Positions 28,814 to 38,108 of a stretch of 64,000 nt of DNA are shown in pieces. The DNA lies in assembly GCA_040882365.1 (NCBI GenBank), contig JBBEBI010000037.1, positions 9,419 to 73,418 of the forward strand, given 5' to 3'. Position 1 is the first letter of the stretch. Every line of letters begins with the position of its first letter. This DNA comes from Anaerolineales bacterium (GTDB lineage Bacteria; Chloroflexota; Anaerolineae; Anaerolineales; UBA11579). A program made the translations under genes and the position numbers. The notes below the pieces were generated by a model that made no database searches, was not told where the DNA came from, and was given only the letters and a program-made list of their open reading frames with translations.

Positions 28814-28848
28814 AAATCCATAGTTTTAAAAAGGTTATCTCCTCACCT

Positions 28849-29910
28849 ATGCTAGACAAACTTGCAGGCATCGAAGCCCGTTACGAAGAAATCGAACGCG
28901 AGCTGGCCCAACCTGCCGCCAATTACCAGAAAGTCGTCGAACTCTCTAAAGAACGCGCCGAGTTGGAGCTTCTGGTGGCCAAGGCGCGCAAATATCGAGA
29001 GGCGCTGAAGCTTCAAAAAGAGGCGCAGGACCTTGCCAACAGCGATGACGCCGAAATGGCCGAGCTGGCTACTTCCGAACTGGCCGGATGGAACGTCCAA
29101 GTCCCAAAGCTGGAAGGCGAGCTGAAGGGCTTGCTGCTGCCTAGAGACCCGCGTGATAAGCGCAACGTCATTATGGAAATACGCGCTGGCGCTGGTGGCG
29201 ATGAGGCGGGGCTGTTCGCCGCCGATCTATTGCGCATGTACACGCGTTTCGCCGAGCGCCAGGGCTGGAAGACCGAACCGCTCAGCCTGAGCCCCACCGG
29301 CGTTGGCGGCATTAAAGAAGTCAGCCTGCTGATCAAGGGCAAGGGCGCCTTCTCTCGGCTCAAATTCGAATCCGGCGTGCATCGTGTGCAGCGCGTGCCA
29401 ACCACCGAGGCCCAGGGCCGCATCCACACCTCCACCGCCACGGTAGCCGTGCTGGCAGAAGTGGACGAGGTAGAGATTAAAGTCCCGGAAAACGACGTGA
29501 GGATGGACGTCTATCGTTCTGCGGGAGCGGGCGGACAGAATGTGCAGAAGAATTCGACCGCCGTGCGACTGACCCACCTGCCCACCGGCATCGTCGTGCA
29601 ATGCCAGGACGAACGCTCGCAGCTGCAGAACCGGCTGCGCGCCATGGCCATTTTGCGCGCCCGCCTATACGAAATCGAAGAAAAGAAACGCCGCGCCGAG
29701 ATCGAATCTACCCGGCGGTCCCAAGTGGGAAGCGGCGAACGCTCCGAGAAAATCCGCACCTACAACTTCCCGCAATCGCGCGTCACGGATCACCGCATCG
29801 GTTACACCTCGCACAACCTGCCCGTCTTCCTGGATGGCGACATCGACGACCTGCTGGACGAGCTGGCCACCCAGGACGAATCCGAGCGCCTGGCCGCGGT
29901 CGGCGCATAA
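28849..29910 (+). CDS. prfA: Peptide chain release factor 1
   Basis: [22 protein letters not shown] (GGQ motif). [14 protein letters not shown] is the RF1-type PxT tripeptide region. Confidence 0.95.
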   Translation: MLDKLAGIEARYEEIERELAQPAANYQKVVELSKERAELELLVAKARKYREALKLQKEAQDLANSDDAEMAELATSELAGWNVQVPKLEGELKGLLLPRDPRDKRNVIMEIRAGAGGDEAGLFAADLLRMYTRFAERQGWKTEPLSLSPTGVGGIKEVSLLIKGKGAFSRLKFESGVHRVQRVPTTEAQGRIHTSTATVAVLAEVDEVEIKVPENDVRMDVYRSAGAGGQNVQKNSTAVRLTHLPTGIVVQCQDERSQLQNRLRAMAILRARLYEIEEKKRRAEIESTRRSQVGSGERSEKIRTYNFPQSRVTDHRIGYTSHNLPVFLDGDIDDLLDELATQDESERLAAVGA

Positions 29911-29999
29911 ATTGCCGCCCAGACCGACAGGATACTAAACACGCGGGCTCACACCCGCCTGTTTTTGTTTGCAGACACCTTGCCCCCTCGCTGCGGAAT

Positions 30000-30500
30000 C
30001 TAGAACGGTTTGAAGAACATCAGCCAGAGAATGATGGCGAAGCCGCCCAAGCCGATCCCCAGCATTTCCATGGGTCGCGTTTTGGCGATGTGCGCCTTAA
30101 TCTCGGTCAGCGGCCTGGCCTTATCGACAGGTTGAGGCTTGCCCTGGACGAGATATTCCATGCCAAGCATCTTGCGTAACGGATGGTATTGCTTCCCGCC
30201 AAGATAAAACATCCAGCCCGTGATGACCAGCAGCAGCACCAGCGAAGTCCAAATCCAGCCCATTGACCAATACACCATGTTCATGAAGCCGAGCGCGAGG
30301 CCAGCCAGCAACAGGGCCAGCAGCGAGAGCATCATAGTGGGCCATGAAGACGCAGATACGTCCATTAGGGCTTTCATGCGTTCGGGTTCCTCCTCCTTCT
30401 TCAGCCGGAAGGAAACAAACACCGAAGCGCCATGGGCGAGCAAAAAGGTGAAGGCGGCCAGGACGTGGATATAGCGTAGTATTTGATAAAGCGAAGGCAT
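30000..30500 (-). CDS. Four-TM integral membrane protein (DUF2269-like)
   Basis: Hydrophobic segments starting YIHVLAAFTFLLAHGASVFV. The family assignment is recollection only. Confidence 0.55.
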   Translation of the reverse strand: MPSLYQILRYIHVLAAFTFLLAHGASVFVSFRLKKEEEPERMKALMDVSASSWPTMMLSLLALLLAGLALGFMNMVYWSMGWIWTSLVLLLVITGWMFYLGGKQYHPLRKMLGMEYLVQGKPQPVDKARPLTEIKAHIAKTRPMEMLGIGLGGFAIILWLMFFKPF

Positions 30501-30574
30501 TTTTGAGAATCTCCTCTTAGGCGATTTTTATAAGCTGGCATTAAACCACAAATCCGGATGCTAGAATCCCCGCC

Positions 30575-31432
30575 ATGAGCACGGATGTTCGCACGCGCCG
30601 CGTTGGCGAAGCCCTAAAAATCGCCCATGCGCGCCTTGCCAGGCTCAGTGAAAACCCGGCGCTTGATGCCCAGGTATTGCTGGCGTACATATTCGAAGTG
30701 GAGCGGGTCTGGCTGCTGGCGCACCCCGAAGCTGAATTGAATGCCGCGCAGGCGGCGGCCTTCGAAGCCGGCCTGGCCTGCTTGGAGAGGGGCGAGCCTT
30801 TGCCATACATAATCGGCGAGTGGGAATTCTTCGGGTTGAAACTGAAGGTGACACCTGACGTGCTTATCCCGCGGCCTGAGACGGAACTGTTAGTGGAGAC
30901 TGCGCTGGCCTGGCTGGATGTCCACCCAGGACGACGGCGGGCCGCCGATGTGGGCACCGGCTCTGGCTGCATTCCGGTGGCGCTGGCCGCCAAGGTGCCC
31001 GACTTGCGTATAGCGGCGGGTGATATTTCCCAGGCGGCATTGGCGGTGGCGCGCGCCAATGTGGAACGATATAGTCTGCAGGAACACATCAAGCTTACGG
31101 AGACGAACTTGCTCGAAGGCTTGCATGGGCCATTCGATTTGATCCTATCCAATCTCCCCTACATTCCCGAAGGACGACTGCCCGAGCTACCCATTACCAA
31201 ATGGGAACCGCTCGTAGCGCTGAGCGGCGGCAAGGATGGCTTGCGTTTCATCGAGCCATTCCTTGCACAAGCAGTAGCCAAAACAGCGCCGCAGGCGCTT
31301 GTTTTGGCAGAGATGGATGCCAGCCTTGAGGCTGCTGTTCGACTACTTGCCAGAAAAAATTGGCCGCAGGCACATATTGAGGTGCGCCCCGACCTGGCAG
31401 GCTTGCCCCGCTTGCTGGTGGTGCAAACTTGA
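30575..31432 (+). CDS. prmC: Release-factor glutamine N5-methyltransferase (HemK/PrmC)
   Basis: PLPYIIGEWEFFGL...LIPRPETE...ADVGTGSGCIPVALA (SAM motif I)...ILSNLPYIP (motif IV, NLPY where NPPY is usual). Confidence 0.85.
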   Translation: MSTDVRTRRVGEALKIAHARLARLSENPALDAQVLLAYIFEVERVWLLAHPEAELNAAQAAAFEAGLACLERGEPLPYIIGEWEFFGLKLKVTPDVLIPRPETELLVETALAWLDVHPGRRRAADVGTGSGCIPVALAAKVPDLRIAAGDISQAALAVARANVERYSLQEHIKLTETNLLEGLHGPFDLILSNLPYIPEGRLPELPITKWEPLVALSGGKDGLRFIEPFLAQAVAKTAPQALVLAEMDASLEAAVRLLARKNWPQAHIEVRPDLAGLPRLLVVQT

Positions 31433-32046
31433 ACACCGAACGGCTGGATACAAGCGCATCGCATGCTATTGCCCACGCCCTTGAAGTTCTCAAAGCCGGG
31501 GGCCTGGTGGCTTTTCCGACAGACACAGTATACGGGCTTGGCGTCCCAGCTTTCACCCCTGAAAGCATCGAGCGGTTGTACCAGATCAAAGGCCGCGAGC
31601 AGACCAAGGCCATAGCCGTGCTGATCGCGGAGCGAGTCGAACTTGGAAAGGTGGCGGCCGCTGTCAGCCAACAGGCAGAACTGCTGGCGGCCCGCTTCTG
31701 GCCGGGGCCGCTGACGATGGTGCTGCCGCGCCATCCCAGCTTGCCCAGCATTCTTTCGCCGAATGACACTATCGGCGTGCGCCTGCCGGACCATCTGGTG
31801 GCCCGCACCTTACTGACCGTCGCCGGGCCGATGGCGGTGACCTCGGCCAATCTGGCGGGTGGAACCAACGCCCGCAGCGCCGACGAGGTGCTGGCGCAGC
31901 TTGGCGGGCGCATCGAACTGGTGCTGGATGGGGGCCTGACACCCGGCGACACGTCTTCCACGGTGGTGGACATGACCGGCGATGAGGTGAGGGTGCTGCG
32001 CGCCGGACCTATCAGTGAGGCGCAGATCAGGGCGGCGCTGGCCTAA
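31429..32046 (+). CDS. tsaC: L-threonylcarbamoyladenylate synthase (TsaC/YwlC/Sua5 family)
   Basis: GGLVAFPTDTVYGLG...IKGREQTKAIAVL...FWPGPLT...GVRLPDH...MAVTSANLAG. The start overlaps the prmC stop by 4 nt. Confidence 0.85.
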   Translation: MNTERLDTSASHAIAHALEVLKAGGLVAFPTDTVYGLGVPAFTPESIERLYQIKGREQTKAIAVLIAERVELGKVAAAVSQQAELLAARFWPGPLTMVLPRHPSLPSILSPNDTIGVRLPDHLVARTLLTVAGPMAVTSANLAGGTNARSADEVLAQLGGRIELVLDGGLTPGDTSSTVVDMTGDEVRVLRAGPISEAQIRAALA

Positions 32047-32384
32047 AGTATTTTATTATCATGATGGCATGGCCCCCTTTGTCAGGTTGTAATGTCACAT
32101 CGAGATACAGCACCGTCACATCTTGACAGCCATTGTCGAAGCATGGGCAAGATGTTTTTACTTTTTCGTAAGCATCATTCTTTCACAGGCTTACATGCTG
32201 TGATGCTGGGTAAGAGGCTTGGTACCCCTCGCACCAGTTGCACAATAGCATGAGAATTAGCCAGGATGGCAAGAAGGCCCCTTGTTGTGAAGGCGTTTTA
32301 ATGTACGCCTAACCGGAATCTTAGCCATATTTTAGGTTGGCGGATTAGGATAAGGACAATAGATGAGATCTCCTCCTCACTACT

Positions 32385-32418
32385 AAAGCGCACTCTTGCA
32401 GCCAGCAGAGTGCGCTTT
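32385..32418. terminator. 12-bp-stem hairpin in the tsaC-nirK intergenic region
   Basis: AAAGCGCACTCT-tgcagccagc-AGAGTGCGCTTT is a perfect 12-bp stem. The flanking T/A runs are short, so which gene it serves is unclear. Confidence 0.35.
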
Positions 32419-32448
32419 GGGTTTAGGATGGGTACATCAGCAACAGGC

Positions 32449-32483
32449 GAAAAAATAAGAGCGGCGCGTGCGCCGCTCTTATT
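32449..32483 (-). terminator. Intrinsic terminator of nirK
   Basis: AATAAGAGCGGCGC / GCGCCGCTCTTATT is a perfect 14-bp inverted repeat, ~20 nt downstream of the nirK stop. On the minus strand a TTTTTTC tract follows it. Confidence 0.65.
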
Positions 32484-32505
32484 CACAAGAAAGAACGTTG
32501 CTACT

Positions 32506-33954
32506 CTATTCGTCCGCTGGACCTTCGTGAAAGACGTCGGGGTTGGGATCGCCCTCGACATGCAGGATACCAACCAGACCCCGCTCCAGGCGGCTGAGGG
32601 CGTGGTCCACCAGGATGTAATCTCCCGGTACCTGCAGCGTAAATTCCACGATCCAGGCGCCGCCGGGGGACACTGTGATGGTTTGCACGTTGGTCAGGGC
32701 TTCGCTGGTGATTGAGCCGAAGGGATAGACGCTATCGAAGATCTCACCGATGACATGGAAGGATGAAGTGAAATTCGGCCCGCCGACGCCAAAGTAAATG
32801 CGCACGGTTTCTCCGACGCTGGCCATCAGCATATTGTCCCCGCTGGCCAAGGCGCTGGCAGCGCCATTGAACACGAAGTACTCAGGACTTTCGTCGGCCA
32901 TTTTCTCAGGGCTGAAGGTGAGCAGGCCTTGGCTGCCAAAATCCTCGGCCGTGTAGATCTCGCCCTGCATGACATAGAATTCCCGATCGACCGGCGGTAA
33001 GCCACCTTCGGGTTCAATAAGGATCAAACCATACATGCCGCTGGTGATGTGATGCGGCACACTAGGCGTGGCGCAGTGGTAGACATAGATACCGGGGGTC
33101 AAGGCTTCGAAGGTGAATACTTTGGTTTCCCCTGGAGCCACCGAAGTATAGACCGCGCCCCCACCTGGACCGTTGACGGCATGCAGATCCACCGAGTGGG
33201 TAAACGCATTGCTCATCTCGTTGCGAAGTGTTATCTCCACGGTGTCGCCTACGCGAGCGCGAATGAAGGGGCCCGGGACGGTGCCATTGAAGGTGAAGTA
33301 GTTATAGGTGGCACCACTGGCCAGCTGGCCTTCAACTTCCTGCCCGACTAATTCTGCTTGCACCAACTCTGGTCCGCGGGCTCCCAGGGGACCGGGTAGA
33401 TCGCTGGGGTTCTTGATCACCGAGGTCCCGGCGGCGGCTTCGGCGGCAGCACCTACTTGAAGCTTGCCCGCCATGCCGGCGGCGCGGTGCCCCGCGATGG
33501 TGCAATAGTAGTCAAAAGTTCCCTCCTGATCGGCCAGGAAGGTGATGGTACGTTCTTCGTTCAGTTGGGTAACGGATCCGGTGGAAACGTTGAAGCCATC
33601 GATAGCCAGATCGTGCTCAACGGGCTGGCCGTTCACCAGCGTAATTTGGACAACGCTGCCGGGGTCAACCACCAAGGTGGGGTTCACCACGCCATCGATA
33701 TCGCCGCCAACGCCTTTGAAGACAAGGTTGTGGCCGTCACCTCCGGTGATGAGGGTGAACTCGACGTCTGCAGCTCCCAGGTCGGCCGGCGTATCCGCGG
33801 GCTGGGTGGCGGCTGGGCCTGCCAGCTCATCCACGCGGGCCGCAAGCGCGTCTACGGTGGGTTGCAACTTCGACAGATCTGTGGACTCGATGCAGGCCAT
33901 GGCTGCCAGAGCTAAGACAGCCAAAATACCCAAAAGGGAATAACTATGTTTCAT
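32506..33954 (-). CDS. nirK: Copper-containing nitrite reductase with an N-terminal cupredoxin extension (lipoprotein)
   Basis: Lipobox LALAAMAC. The N-terminal blue-copper domain ends in YYCTIAGHRAAGMAGKLQV (Cys-His-Met ligands). The NirK core has THSVDLHAV (type 2/type 1 His region) and YVYHCATPSVPHHITSGMYG. GAGGTG lies 6 nt upstream of ATG 33954. Confidence 0.85.
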   Translation of the reverse strand: MKHSYSLLGILAVLALAAMACIESTDLSKLQPTVDALAARVDELAGPAATQPADTPADLGAADVEFTLITGGDGHNLVFKGVGGDIDGVVNPTLVVDPGSVVQITLVNGQPVEHDLAIDGFNVSTGSVTQLNEERTITFLADQEGTFDYYCTIAGHRAAGMAGKLQVGAAAEAAAGTSVIKNPSDLPGPLGARGPELVQAELVGQEVEGQLASGATYNYFTFNGTVPGPFIRARVGDTVEITLRNEMSNAFTHSVDLHAVNGPGGGAVYTSVAPGETKVFTFEALTPGIYVYHCATPSVPHHITSGMYGLILIEPEGGLPPVDREFYVMQGEIYTAEDFGSQGLLTFSPEKMADESPEYFVFNGAASALASGDNMLMASVGETVRIYFGVGGPNFTSSFHVIGEIFDSVYPFGSITSEALTNVQTITVSPGGAWIVEFTLQVPGDYILVDHALSRLERGLVGILHVEGDPNPDVFHEGPADE

Positions 33955-34046
33955 GTGCGGCACCTCTTTTTTCTTCTGACTTAGACGAATCAGAAGGCGA
34001 ATTTCGAAGAGTCTAACGGAGAGGGATTAGACGCCTTACGGACATT

Positions 34047-34089
34047 TGTCCTGTAATTATCAGGACATTCACCTTAATAATTATTAAGG
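34047..34089. promoter_or_regulatory. Two palindromes upstream of nirK (candidate operator sites)
   Basis: TGTCCTG-taattat-CAGGACA (34047-34067) is followed by the perfect 18-bp palindrome CCTTAATAATTATTAAGG (34072-34089). Both lie ~95-135 nt upstream of the nirK start. Confidence 0.35.
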
Positions 34090-34109
34090 ATTATAGCCCC
34101 AATGGCGAA

Positions 34110-34497
34110 TTAGGAGATGTGCTCCTCGGGCTGGCTCCAGCTGCCATCCGGTTGGCGGAAGGCGCGGAAGATGGCCGGACCTGGATACCCCAGTTGACTG
34201 GGGCCGTCGTAATAGAGGACGCTGCCATCCGGGCTGAGATAAGGGCGGTTCTCGTCACCGGGAGTGTTTATCAACGCGCCGAGATTGATGGGTTCGGACC
34301 AACCGGCATCGGTTTTGTGGTCAGCCAAAGGTCTTAGCCGCCCAGCCCGCCGGCGCGGTGGAGGCGAAGACCATAGTAGTCCCATCGGCGGTGAGGTGCA
34401 TTTCGCCCACCGTGACGGAAGACAGAGTTGCGGGCGCGGGCTGCGGGGTGCAGGCGGCAAACAAGAGCGAAATTGCGATTATTGCCGAGATTCGCAT
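34110..34497 (-). pseudogene. Small PD40 (TolB-like beta-propeller repeat) lipoprotein, apparently frameshifted
   Basis: Frame A reads MRISAIIAISLLFAACTPQ...HLTADGTTMVFAS...* (34497-34321). An overlapping frame continues with LADHKTDAGWSEPINLGALINTPGDENRPYLSPDGSVLYYDG...DGSWSQPE (to 34110), which are PD40-type repeats. Together they form one ~129-aa protein if a 1-nt shift near 34330-34400 is corrected. Confidence 0.4.
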
Positions 34498-34588
34498 GCG
34501 AAACGCATTGTATTGTAGAGCAATAGATCGGAGCAATAGGCAGGCTGGCCTATCGGTCTTTGCCTTCCTCGCATTAGGAAAATTGGCC

Positions 34589-36925
34589 TTAGGCTGCTTC
34601 TTCTTTCGGCTCTTCTTCGCGCTGCACGTCATCCAGCGGGAATTGCGTCTCGCATTTCAGGCATTGGATAAATTGCTTATTGGCGATCACCAGCGTCCCT
34701 GCGCAATTCGGGCAGGGTGTGGCGATGGGCCGCTTCCAGGAGGTGAACTCGCAGGCTGGGTAATTGGCGCAGCCGAAGAACACGCGGCCCTTGCGGGTGC
34801 GGCGTTCCACCAGCTCCCCGCCGTCCAGCGGGCAGGTAACGCCGATCTTTTGCAGCCAGGGCTCCGTGTGGCGGCATTCGGGAAAGCGCTCGCAGCCGAT
34901 GAACTTGCCATAGCGGCCCCAACGGATAATGAGCTGGCCCTGATTGCAGGTGGGACAGGAGCGGCCCACGTACTCCGGCCCGGCCTTGGATTCGGGCATC
35001 TCAGCCTTGGCGCGCTCCACTGTTGCGGAGAAGGGCTCATAGAAGTCGCGGATGATCTTCACCCAGCCTTCTTCGCCGGAAGCGATCTTGTCCAGATGCT
35101 CTTCCATTTCGGCGGTGAACTGGTAGTCCACGATGGCGGGGAAATGTTCGGTGATCAGATCGTTGACCAGCAGGCCGGTCTCGGTGGGAATGAGGCGCCG
35201 TTCTTCGCGGGTCACGTAACCGCGCTGCTGAAGGGTGTTGAGCGTCGGCGCGTAGGTGGAGGGGCGGCCGATGCCATATTCCTCCAGCGTCTTTACAAGG
35301 GTAGCTTCGCTGTAGCGCGGGGGCGGTTGGGTGAAATGTTGCTCGGGTAACAATTGCAGAAGCTTCTGCTTCTGTCCCTCGGCTACGTCGGGTGGAATAG
35401 TTGCGCCGTCTTCCTCTTCGCCTTCCACTACCTCGGGTCTCGTCTCTTCATAAACCGCCAGGTAGCCGGGGAAGACCAGGGTGGAGCCGGCGGCACGCAG
35501 CATGTATTTGTGAGCGGCACCCTCCCCCAGCACGCGCACGGATACGGTGTCGTACACCCCGGGCGTCATCTGCGAAGCCAGGAAGCGTTGCCAGATGAGC
35601 TGGTACAAGCGGTACTGGTCGCGGGAGAGCTGTTCTTTGATCTGCGTTGGGGTGCGCAGGGCGGACGTGGGGCGGATGGCCTCGTGGGCTTCTTGCGCGC
35701 CCTTGGAGCGCGTCCTGTAAGTAGGCGCCTCCTCAGGAATATAGGATGCTCCGTGGACTTCTTTAATGTAATCGCGCGCCTCTTGCTGCGCCAGCGGAGA
35801 TACATTGGTGGAATCGGTGCGCATGTAAGTAATGAGGCCCGTGGTCTCGCTCTCGCCCAGGTCGATGCCTTCGTAGAGCTGCTGCGCTACGGCCATGGTG
35901 CGCTTGGCGGTGAAGCTCAACTTGCGGGAGGCTTCCTGCTGCAGAGTGCTGGTGGTGAACGGCGCGGGCGCCTTGCGGCGGCGCTGGCCGCGCTTGATCT
36001 CGGAAATCGCGTAGCTGGCCGACTGCATATCGGTCAGCAAGGGATCGACTTCATTTTTCTTGCCGAGCCTGGGCTCGGCCCCATCAACTTCAGCCAATTT
36101 GGCCTTGAAGGTGTTCCGACTGCCTTCCGGCTGTAACTCGGTCTCGATGCCCCAATATTCGACCGGGACGAAGGCTTCGATCTCACGCTCGCGCTCGACG
36201 ATGAGACGCAGCGCCACGGATTGCACGCGCCCGGCCGAAAGCCGGTTGCGCACCTTGGTCCACAGGATGGGGCTGAGGCTGTATCCGACGAGCCGGTCCA
36301 GAACGCGGCGCGCCTGCTGGGCGTCCACCAGCGACATATCGATGGCGCGCGGGTGGTGGAAGGCTTCTTCGATGGCGGTCTTAGTGATCTCGTGGAACAC
36401 GACGCGCTTGGTGCGCGCCGGGTCGATCTCGGCGGCCTCAATGAGGTGCCAGGCGATGGCCTCGCCCTCGCGGTCGGGGTCGGTGGCCAGGAAGATCTCT
36501 TCAGCGCGGGCGGCCTCTTTCTTGAGCTCTTTCACGACAGGGCGCTTCTCATTTGGCACGCGGTACTTGGGTTCGAAATTGTTTTCGACATCCACGGAGA
36601 GCTGGGAGCGCAGCAAATCGCGCACATGGCCAACGGAGGCCTCGACCTTATAGCCGTTGCCCAAGTAGCGGCCCACGGTGCGCGCCTTGGCCGGCGATTC
36701 GACGATGACCAGCCTGCCGGAACGCTTGACGTCGGCGCGTTCCTGCGGCGTGGGTTTGGTCGGCGGCGTCAGGCCACTGTGCGCCGGCGTGGCGCCCATG
36801 CGGAACAGTGTGGTGCCGCAGACTGGGCAGGTACCGCGCGTGCCGGGCGTGCCGTTCTTGGTGAACTCCGGCGCGGGGTTTTGCATTTCTCTTTTCGTTT
36901 TACATTTGACGCAATAAGCTTCCAA
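34589..36925 (-). CDS. topA: DNA topoisomerase I with N-terminal CxxC...CxxC zinc ribbon and C-terminal zinc fingers
   Basis: TOPRIM is LVIVESPAKARTVGRYLG. Active-site region ITYMRTDST. The C-terminal part has CPTC...C..C, CPLDGG, CANYPAC and CPNC fingers. The extra N-terminal 44 aa read MEAYCVKCKTKREMQNPAPEFTKNGTPGTRGTCPVCGTTLFRMG. Confidence 0.95.
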   Translation of the reverse strand: MEAYCVKCKTKREMQNPAPEFTKNGTPGTRGTCPVCGTTLFRMGATPAHSGLTPPTKPTPQERADVKRSGRLVIVESPAKARTVGRYLGNGYKVEASVGHVRDLLRSQLSVDVENNFEPKYRVPNEKRPVVKELKKEAARAEEIFLATDPDREGEAIAWHLIEAAEIDPARTKRVVFHEITKTAIEEAFHHPRAIDMSLVDAQQARRVLDRLVGYSLSPILWTKVRNRLSAGRVQSVALRLIVEREREIEAFVPVEYWGIETELQPEGSRNTFKAKLAEVDGAEPRLGKKNEVDPLLTDMQSASYAISEIKRGQRRRKAPAPFTTSTLQQEASRKLSFTAKRTMAVAQQLYEGIDLGESETTGLITYMRTDSTNVSPLAQQEARDYIKEVHGASYIPEEAPTYRTRSKGAQEAHEAIRPTSALRTPTQIKEQLSRDQYRLYQLIWQRFLASQMTPGVYDTVSVRVLGEGAAHKYMLRAAGSTLVFPGYLAVYEETRPEVVEGEEEDGATIPPDVAEGQKQKLLQLLPEQHFTQPPPRYSEATLVKTLEEYGIGRPSTYAPTLNTLQQRGYVTREERRLIPTETGLLVNDLITEHFPAIVDYQFTAEMEEHLDKIASGEEGWVKIIRDFYEPFSATVERAKAEMPESKAGPEYVGRSCPTCNQGQLIIRWGRYGKFIGCERFPECRHTEPWLQKIGVTCPLDGGELVERRTRKGRVFFGCANYPACEFTSWKRPIATPCPNCAGTLVIANKQFIQCLKCETQFPLDDVQREEEPKEEAA

Positions 36926-37016
36926 AATTGATGATCCTCTTAGCTCTCCAGCAATGAGGGGCGGGTCCGAGACCCGCCCTGCTTACTTAGCAAATGACGA
37001 AGATGTTAACAGCCAA

Positions 37017-38108
37017 CTACAGATAACGTTGCAGGCCTTTTTCTTTCAGGACCTCGATCACCTTGCGCAGATCCTGCGAACGGTTCTTGGAGCAGATCAG
37101 CAAAACATCACCGGTATCTACCACCACCAAGTCCTGGATGCCTACAGTAACGATCATGCGCTCCTGGCTGTTGCTATGTACCAGCGAGTTCTGGCTGTCA
37201 AAATCGATGTGTTGTTTGTGCAAAACCAGGTTGCCGTTTACGTCCACCTTCAACACTTCGAACAGCGAGGACCAGGAACCCACGTCATTCCAAGCCATAT
37301 CCTTGGCGGGGATAACGGCCACGTCCTTGGCGTGTTCCATGATGCCATAATCGATGGTCTGAGCGGCAATGCGCGGCCATTCATAATTCAGCACGGTTTC
37401 GAAATCCGGGTTTCCCCAGGCGCGGCTGATCTTTTGCAGGCCCTTGTGCAGTTTGGGCATCTGCTGCTCGAACTCAGTCCAGATGCGCTCCACCTTCCAG
37501 ATGAACATGCCGGAATTCCAGCAATGCTCGCTGGCGGCCAGCATCTGCTGGGCTTCTGCAGCTTCGGGCTTTTCCTTGAAGCGCTGCACCTGATGGGCTT
37601 CATAGCCGCCAAAGGATCCCAGCGAGTCGCCCATCTGGATATAACCGTACTGCGTGGCCGGGTATGTAGGGTCTATGCCCAAGGTGACTAGGTGATCCTT
37701 CAAGGCCAATTCGCGCGCCGCCTGCAGGTAACGGCAGAATTCATCCTGATTGCCGATGTAGTGGTCGGCGGTCAGCACAGCCATCACCGCGCCGGGGTGG
37801 CGGCTCTGCAGGAAGGCAGCCGCCAAGCCGATGGCCGGGGCCGTGCCGCGCGGCTGTGGCTCCAAAAGGAAATTTTCCTTCGGGAGTTCAAGGGATTGCT
37901 GCTGCAATTCAACGCTATGGGCGCCATTCGTGACTACCAAAATACGTTCCGGCGGGAACAGGGTTTCCAGGCGGCGCACGGCCATCTGAAACAGGGTCAG
38001 GTCGTCGATCAACTGCAGCATCTGCTTGGGCCGCGATTGGCGAGAGAGCGGCCACAAGCGGGTGCCGCCGCCCCCCGCCATGATGACTGCATAATAGTTT
38101 TCGGTCAT
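37017..38108 (-). CDS. Mannose-1-phosphate guanylyltransferase-like sugar nucleotidyltransferase
   Basis: YAVIMAGGGGTRLWPLSR...PKQ (NTP_transferase signature)...NSGMFIW. Confidence 0.8.
   Translation of the reverse strand: MTENYYAVIMAGGGGTRLWPLSRQSRPKQMLQLIDDLTLFQMAVRRLETLFPPERILVVTNGAHSVELQQQSLELPKENFLLEPQPRGTAPAIGLAAAFLQSRHPGAVMAVLTADHYIGNQDEFCRYLQAARELALKDHLVTLGIDPTYPATQYGYIQMGDSLGSFGGYEAHQVQRFKEKPEAAEAQQMLAASEHCWNSGMFIWKVERIWTEFEQQMPKLHKGLQKISRAWGNPDFETVLNYEWPRIAAQTIDYGIMEHAKDVAVIPAKDMAWNDVGSWSSLFEVLKVDVNGNLVLHKQHIDFDSQNSLVHSNSQERMIVTVGIQDLVVVDTGDVLLICSKNRSQDLRKVIEVLKEKGLQRYL

Noticed and set aside
30541-31973. Minus-strand ORFs of 203-241 aa opposite prmC and tsaC
   Set aside because: They are antisense to two well-supported genes, have Ser/Ala/Arg-rich translations without motifs, and overlap each other in different frames.
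34358-36931. Long plus-strand ORFs (330, 260, 197 and 236 aa) opposite topA
   Set aside because: They are antisense to an unambiguous topoisomerase I gene. Their products are low-complexity and Ala/Gly/Arg-rich, typical of high-GC antisense frames, with no recognisable motifs.
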